64,000 bases of DNA from an uncultured Bacilli bacterium (GTDB lineage Bacteria > Bacillota_I > Bacilli_A > RF39 > UBA660), in contig CATBQD010000010.1 in the NCBI GenBank assembly GCA_949505625.1, positions 434 through 64,433 of the forward strand, written 5' to 3'. The notes under the pieces are model-generated. The model did no database searches, had not been told where the DNA came from, and was given only the letters and a program-made list of their open reading frames with translations. Positions 58,530-64,000 of this stretch are shown here, one piece after another; positions within the stretch are counted from its first letter, which is position 1, and the number at the start of each line of letters is the position of its first letter. Made by a program: the position numbers and the translations under genes.

Positions 58530-59225
58530 TTGAAAAATAATATCATTCGGAAAATTTATCGGGAAAAAGATATCAATAGAATACAGATGCAAATAGATAT
58601 GCTAGGAGGAAAGGCTAAATTTGATGCAACAGCGTTTATTAATCTTCAATTGCTTTCCTCTTTGATTGTGTTTCTAGTTGTATTATATGAATCAAAACAT
58701 GCATATATCTTTGCACCAGCGATTACACTTGCTTGGTATTATGCATATTATTATTTAATTATAACAAAACCATTGAAAGCACGTATTCGTAAACTTGATC
58801 ATGAAGCCTTATATTTCTTCGAAATCTTAACGCTTACTTTAGAATCTGGAAGAAATCTTGAAAATTCATTAGAAGTAACAGTTGCTAATGTAAAGTCAGA
58901 ATTATCAGACGAGTTTAAAAGAGCTTTGTTAGAAGTTCACTTTGGAAAATCTTTATTAGAAGCATTAGAAGATATGAAAAAAAGAATTCCATCAGAAACA
59001 GTGAATAACATTATTTTAAATATTACTCAAACAAATATCTTTGGAAATAGTATTTTAGATACAATGTATAATCAAATTGCATTTTTAAGAGATAAACAAA
59101 TATTAGAAATAAAAGGACAAATTAATAAAATTCCAAATAAAATAAGTATTATATCAGTATTATTTGTTGTACCACTTATTATGATTCTTATTTTAGGTCC
59201 GTTTCTACTTAATTTTTTTGGATAA
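58530..59225 (+). CDS. TadC-like (T2SS-F domain) membrane protein; TTG start inferred
   Basis: Topology and size match TadC. No ATG is available; there is an AGGATG RBS-like element upstream. Confidence 0.55.
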   Translation: MKNNIIRKIYREKDINRIQMQIDMLGGKAKFDATAFINLQLLSSLIVFLVVLYESKHAYIFAPAITLAWYYAYYYLIITKPLKARIRKLDHEALYFFEILTLTLESGRNLENSLEVTVANVKSELSDEFKRALLEVHFGKSLLEALEDMKKRIPSETVNNIILNITQTNIFGNSILDTMYNQIAFLRDKQILEIKGQINKIPNKISIISVLFVVPLIMILILGPFLLNFFG

Positions 59226-59248
59226 ATGAAGTATAATAGTATTAGGAG

Positions 59249-60568
59249 ATGAAAAATATGTATCATTTTATAGGAATAAAAGGGACTGGCATGAGTGCAT
59301 TAGCACAAATTATGCACGATTTAGGATACGAAGTTCAGGGAAGTGATAAGCCAGATCATTTTTTTACAGAAGAAGCACTATTAGAAAAAAATATTCGGAT
59401 TCTTCCATTTGATGAAAAGAATATAGAGCCTGGTATGATTATTGTGCAAGGGAATGCGTTTAATGAACATAATCCAGAAGTAGCGAAAGCAAAAGAATTG
59501 GATTTAAAAATTTATACTTATCAAGAAATGGTTGGAAGACTAACAGGAATGTTTAAAACGATTGCAATATCAGGGTGTCATGGAAAAACAACCACAACAG
59601 CGATGTTATCTCATGTGCTATCTAATATTACAGGTTGTAATTATTTAATTGGAGATGGAAGTGGAAAAGCAAGTAAAGAAAATTCTTATTTTGCCTTAGA
59701 AGCTTGTGAGTATAAAAGACATTTCTTAGATTATGATCCAACTTATGCAATCATTACTAATATAGAATTAGATCATATTGATTATTATAAAGATATTGAT
59801 GATGTAATAGATGCTTATCAAAGTTTTGCAAACAAAGCAGAAAAGATGGTGATTGCTTGTGGAGATGATCCTTATACTCACACATTAGAAGTCAATCCAC
59901 CAATTTTCTATTATGGATTAAAAGAAGATAACGATATCTTAGCAAAAGATGTAGAATATAGAAATGATGGCACTGAATTTGATGTATTTGTAGAAGGCAA
60001 TTATTATGGACATTTTGATTTACCTCTTTTTGGAAAACATATGTTATTAAATGCATTAGCGGTTATTGGTGTTTGTTATTATGAACGAATGGATGCCAAA
60101 GAAGTAGCTAAAAACTTAAAAACATTTGGTGGAGCAAAAAGAAGATTTAAAGAAAATATAATTGGAGATATTGTAACTGTTGATGATTATGCTCATCACC
60201 CAACAGAAGTAAAAGTGACAATAAAAGCTGCCAAACAAAAATACCCAGATAAAGAAATCGTAGCTATTTTAAAAACGCATACACTTTCTAGAACCAAAGA
60301 ATTTGCAGAAGAATTTGCAGAAGCACTTAATTTAGCAGATAAAGCATATATTATGGATGTTGGAGTAGATAGAGAAGAAATTGGTTATGATGATGTTACT
60401 TATGAAGTAATTTTAGAAAAACTAACGAATGGAGAATATATTTCTTTAGATACTGTAGATAAATTGTTAAAACATAAAAATGCAGTTTTACTATTTATGA
60501 GTAGTAAAGATATTTATGTACTACAGGCAGAATATGAAAAACGATTAAAAGAGACTTTAGAATCTTAA
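59249..60568 (+). CDS. murC: UDP-N-acetylmuramate--L-alanine ligase
   Basis: N-terminal HFIGIKGTGMSALA and the Mur ligase P-loop GCHGKTTTTAM. Confidence 0.9.
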   Translation: MKNMYHFIGIKGTGMSALAQIMHDLGYEVQGSDKPDHFFTEEALLEKNIRILPFDEKNIEPGMIIVQGNAFNEHNPEVAKAKELDLKIYTYQEMVGRLTGMFKTIAISGCHGKTTTTAMLSHVLSNITGCNYLIGDGSGKASKENSYFALEACEYKRHFLDYDPTYAIITNIELDHIDYYKDIDDVIDAYQSFANKAEKMVIACGDDPYTHTLEVNPPIFYYGLKEDNDILAKDVEYRNDGTEFDVFVEGNYYGHFDLPLFGKHMLLNALAVIGVCYYERMDAKEVAKNLKTFGGAKRRFKENIIGDIVTVDDYAHHPTEVKVTIKAAKQKYPDKEIVAILKTHTLSRTKEFAEEFAEALNLADKAYIMDVGVDREEIGYDDVTYEVILEKLTNGEYISLDTVDKLLKHKNAVLLFMSSKDIYVLQAEYEKRLKETLES

Positions 60569-60670
60569 TAAGAAAAGCGCTTTGAGAATATTTCAGAGCT
60601 CTTTTTAATTTGACTAATGATATAAAATGTGCTAATATAACAATCAATTCATAAAAAGGGGGAATAATTT

Positions 60671-61192
60671 ATGAAATTTTATCAAAAAAGTCCATATGAT
60701 AAGAAAAAGATCAAAATAGAAATTAAGCCATCTGATATTACAATACCAAGAGACGCTAAAACAATTTTGGAAGTAGCACTTGCAAACCATAGAGCATATC
60801 TAAAAGATAAATTGGGATTTTCTGATGATGAAGTAGCAAGATATTTAGAGTACAAAATTTGTAGTATGAGTGTAAGGCAAAAAGCTAAACCAGTTACTAT
60901 TTTTAAAAATTTTGGAATTGGTATGTTAATTCCAAGTATATTTTCACTTATTTATTGGTATGGTCGCACTGATATGAAATCAATTCAGTATACTTTTATT
61001 GGTGTAGGAGTAGCAAGTTTAATGCTTTCAAAATTATTTGATACATCAAAAAGAAAAAATCCATACTATTCACAATACGGTGTTATAGATGGGATTAGTT
61101 CAGAAAAAATGGGAAAAGCAGAAGTTTCTTATGATGAATGCTATAAAGCAACTAAAAAAGCTTGTAAACAAAAAAAATTACATTTAAAATAG
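60671..61192 (+). CDS. hypothetical membrane protein
   Basis: 173 aa with two TM helices. Confidence 0.45.
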   Translation: MKFYQKSPYDKKKIKIEIKPSDITIPRDAKTILEVALANHRAYLKDKLGFSDDEVARYLEYKICSMSVRQKAKPVTIFKNFGIGMLIPSIFSLIYWYGRTDMKSIQYTFIGVGVASLMLSKLFDTSKRKNPYYSQYGVIDGISSEKMGKAEVSYDECYKATKKACKQKKLHLK

Positions 61193-61267
61193 TATAATTT
61201 AATAAAAGAGTCAAAAGACTCTTTTTAATTTTATATTTAAAAAAACTTATTTTATCAAACAAATAGA

Positions 61268-61846
61268 TTATTTGGCTATTAATATCTCTTCTTCAACTTT
61301 AAAACAAGATATTTGGTTTGAAATTTTTTCAAATTCTTCATTTGTGATTTTTATTTTATAAATAATTTTCTCTAAATACTTTTTTTCTACAATTTGAGTA
61401 TTGGATAATAAATGTTCCATTTGTTTTTCTAAAGAATATGAGAAACTACAAGTAATAAGTTTTCCAGGTACTAATGTTATATGAGATGCCTTTTTTAAGG
61501 CTTCTATAGTAGCATTAGAATAAGCTCTTACTAAACCGCCAGCCCCTAATTTAGTTCCTCCAAAATACCGAATCACAATTGCTAAAATATAATTTAGATT
61601 TTGCTTTTGAAGGACATTTAAAATAGGCATTCCAGCAGTGCCACTTGGTTCTCCATCATCAGAAACATGTATTTCAGAACCACAAATGTAAGCATAACAA
61701 TAATGAGTCGCATCTGGAAATTCTAATTTTGCTTGATATAGTTCTTTTTTTGTATCAGAAATATTTTGTATTGGAATCAATTTACAAATAAATTTGGACT
61801 TTTGAATAATGATTGTATTTATTATTGGATTTTGAATACTTTGCAT
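61268..61846 (-). CDS. yigZ: YigZ/IMPACT family protein (UPF0029)
   Basis: YAYICGSEIHVSDDGEPSGTAGMPIL motif. Start set at MQSIQ (RBS GGTGA) to avoid a 60-nt overlap with the divergent gene. Confidence 0.7.
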   Translation of the reverse strand: MQSIQNPIINTIIIQKSKFICKLIPIQNISDTKKELYQAKLEFPDATHYCYAYICGSEIHVSDDGEPSGTAGMPILNVLQKQNLNYILAIVIRYFGGTKLGAGGLVRAYSNATIEALKKASHITLVPGKLITCSFSYSLEKQMEHLLSNTQIVEKKYLEKIIYKIKITNEEFEKISNQISCFKVEEEILIAK

Positions 61847-61938
61847 TCTATCACCTAATTTCATTATAACACAATTTCTTGACAAATTAAGGATATTTGC
61901 TATGATAGTAAATAGTATTTTGAAAGGAAGCTCGCAGT

Positions 61939-63591
61939 ATGATAAAAGAGGTAAAAATAGAGGTAACTGAACAATGCAAAAGATGGTGTATCCACTGCTC
62001 AAGTGAAGCGAAAGAAATTAATTTTCAATATTTGGATAAAGAACTTGTAAAAAGAATTATTCATGAAGCAGTTTTATTAAAAGCTTCAAGTGTTGTTTTT
62101 ACTGGCGGAGAAGCAACTTTATATCCAGATATTGAAGAGGTGATACAAGAAGCCCATAAAAATGGTCTAAGAACAAAACTTTATACAATGTGTAATCCTG
62201 AACAAGAAAGCATCAATAAAATTAAAAATCTAATAATTTATGGATTAGATGAAATGATATATTCAACCACTTATCATTTAACAAGAGATAATGTTATAAC
62301 ATTGGAAAGACTTCAAACCTTTTTTCCAGAACTGTTAAAACAAACAAATATTGGATTAGGTTTTCATCATGCAATAACAAAAGAAACTGTTTATGATATT
62401 GATGATGTTACAAAATTATTCTTTTCATTGGCACCAAATCAAACTACAAATTTATCTTTTTTAAGATTTGTACCACATGGAAGAGGAACGAAAGATTTAC
62501 TTTTATCAAGAGAAGAATTAATATGGTTCAAAGAAAGAATTATAGAACTAAGAAAACAATATGGTGAGAAGATTAGACTAGGTAGCCCTTGGAATTTTCT
62601 AGGGATTGGTCATACTTCTTGTAGTGCAGCAGAACAAACTATGATTGTAGGATTTGATGGAAGAGTATATCCATGTGATGCTATGAAATATTTTGATTAT
62701 TTAGGATATGGTGGAAATATTTATGAACACACATTGAAAGAAATTTATGATTCAATATATTTTCAAAATGTTCGAAATTTTAAAACCTGTATCAGTGGAG
62801 AATGTATGTCCTGTTCTAATTTTGAAATCTGTAAAGGTGGATGTCTAGGTCAAAAAATGGTGGATTTTATGGAACAGGGAAACCTAACTTTTAGACATTA
62901 TGGAGAGCTTGCTAAAAGAACAATGAATCATTTTGATAATGATGTGATCAAGAAAATGAATGGAGAAATGGGAATCGTAGGAGAAATAGGAGAACTTGTT
63001 GATAGTTTTAAAAAATATAAGACCCATAATTTAGATGAAATTAGTAAAGAGAAATTGTGCCAAAATCTACAAGTAGAAGTAGGAGATATAGTTTGGTATT
63101 TAGCGGCATCTTTATCAAGCTATTATCAGTTTGAATTTGAAGATATTGGTAATTATTTATTTGGTCATAAGAAGAAAAAAATTGAAACTTTTACAGATGA
63201 AGCAATTATAAAAAGTGTAAAAAGAAAAGATCCAGAATGTTTAAAAGGAGTTTATGATAATAGTATTCCAGTAGCATATTTAGATCATGTAAATATAGAG
63301 GGGTATTCATTTGATCAAGAATGGAAAAATATAATACGCTATGCTTGTGAAATTATCTATACAAATGAAAGAGAAAAAGTGTTAGAAATGTGTGGCAATT
63401 TATTAATTTCTTTATCTAGAATTTCCTCTATAGAACTAGGTACTTCTATGGAACAAATATTATGGAGAAATGTTGAAAAGTTAAAAGGACGTTATCAAAC
63501 GGGATTTGATAGAAGTATTGCCAGTTCAAGAATAGAATTATTGACAGCTTATAAGGAAAGTGAACCATCCAATCAAAAAATTAAAGTATAA
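61939..63591 (+). CDS. Radical SAM / SPASM-domain enzyme fused to a C-terminal MazG-like nucleotide pyrophosphohydrolase domain
   Basis: CxxxCxxC (CKRWCIHC). SPASM-type auxiliary cluster cysteines (CSAAEQ...YPCD...CISGECMSCSNFEICKGGC). The C-terminal IVGEIGELVDSFKK...EVGDIVWYLAASL matches the MazG/YpjD EExxE/D motifs. Confidence 0.65.
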   Translation: MIKEVKIEVTEQCKRWCIHCSSEAKEINFQYLDKELVKRIIHEAVLLKASSVVFTGGEATLYPDIEEVIQEAHKNGLRTKLYTMCNPEQESINKIKNLIIYGLDEMIYSTTYHLTRDNVITLERLQTFFPELLKQTNIGLGFHHAITKETVYDIDDVTKLFFSLAPNQTTNLSFLRFVPHGRGTKDLLLSREELIWFKERIIELRKQYGEKIRLGSPWNFLGIGHTSCSAAEQTMIVGFDGRVYPCDAMKYFDYLGYGGNIYEHTLKEIYDSIYFQNVRNFKTCISGECMSCSNFEICKGGCLGQKMVDFMEQGNLTFRHYGELAKRTMNHFDNDVIKKMNGEMGIVGEIGELVDSFKKYKTHNLDEISKEKLCQNLQVEVGDIVWYLAASLSSYYQFEFEDIGNYLFGHKKKKIETFTDEAIIKSVKRKDPECLKGVYDNSIPVAYLDHVNIEGYSFDQEWKNIIRYACEIIYTNEREKVLEMCGNLLISLSRISSIELGTSMEQILWRNVEKLKGRYQTGFDRSIASSRIELLTAYKESEPSNQKIKV

Positions 63592-63726
63592 TTGCTTTAA
63601 TTTTTTTTGATGAAAAAAGAAATTTTGTTAGGACAAATAATGAAACCAAATGAGCACAAAAACGAATATAGAAAATAAATTAGGCTATAATAATTCTTAG
63701 AATAGAAATGAAATGGAGTGAATATT

Positions 63727-64000
63727 ATGCAATCGAAAAAGGGATTTACCTTGATCGAGCTTTTGGCTGTCCTAATAATTATAGGAGTCATTGCTTTGAT
63801 CGTGTCACCAATTGTAATAAGAACAATTAAAAGAAGCGGAAAATCAACATTTGAAAGAAGTATAGATGGATTAATAGAAAGTGTAAGAATTGATCATAGT
63901 AATGACAATTTTTATGCGCCTAGAGAATATTTTTATGAGAAAAGAGATTTAACACTTCTCACAGTGGCAGATCAAATAAAAGATCAAAAGATAAAAATTC
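63727..64000 (+). CDS. Type IV pilin / ComGC-like pseudopilin (3' end outside the window)
   Basis: Class III signal: MQSKKG/FTLIELLAVLIIIGVIALIV, with Glu at +5. Confidence 0.6.
   Translation, partial: MQSKKGFTLIELLAVLIIIGVIALIVSPIVIRTIKRSGKSTFERSIDGLIESVRIDHSNDNFYAPREYFYEKRDLTLLTVADQIKDQKIKI

Noticed and set aside
1-64000. Search for CRISPR arrays, rRNA or tRNA genes and IS elements with inverted repeats
   Set aside because: No regularly spaced direct repeats, no rRNA-like conserved stretches and no cloverleaf candidates were found. The only transposase-like sequence is the decayed Rpn-family fragment at 47650-48140.

Overview
This 64 kb window looks like chromosomal DNA from a very low-GC, spore-forming Firmicute (Bacillota). 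I infer this from the conserved yqfC-yqfD...ybeY-dgkA-cdd-era-yqzL-recO sporulation/housekeeping block and the Gram-positive style promoters and RBSs. Almost all genes are on the + strand. Core genes present: formate-tetrahydrofolate ligase (fhs), pheS/pheT behind a Phe T-box leader, gatD/murT (lipid II amidation), glyQS behind a short Gly T-box leader, murC, a D-Ala-D-Ala carboxypeptidase, and a NfeD/SPFH/CPBP/NUDIX block. Accessory content of interest: (1) a tandem duplicated ~240 bp unit, each copy with a 22-codon hydrophobic peptide ORF, a shared-style terminator hairpin and a perfect convergent sigma-A promoter on the opposite strand, matching a type I toxin/antisense-RNA (par/Fst-like) architecture that no protein ORF explains; (2) an extremely AT-rich, tightly overlapping operon with a small secreted Gly/Asn/Thr-rich protein, three polytopic membrane proteins, an ABC ATPase and a secreted protein, which I read as a bacteriocin/immunity candidate; (3) an 820-aa protein carrying a class B sortase domain behind a ~570-aa cytoplasmic extension, next to an SPNTG-anchored surface protein, a membrane XRE regulator and a Tad/Flp-like pilus locus with no obvious prepilin peptidase; (4) a radical SAM/SPASM enzyme fused to a MazG-like domain; (5) a MATE efflux pump fused to a cytidylate-kinase-like domain; (6) several regulator plus ABC transporter cassettes (MarR-MacB-like, TetR-ABC2). 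No CRISPR arrays, rRNA or tRNA genes were recognised.
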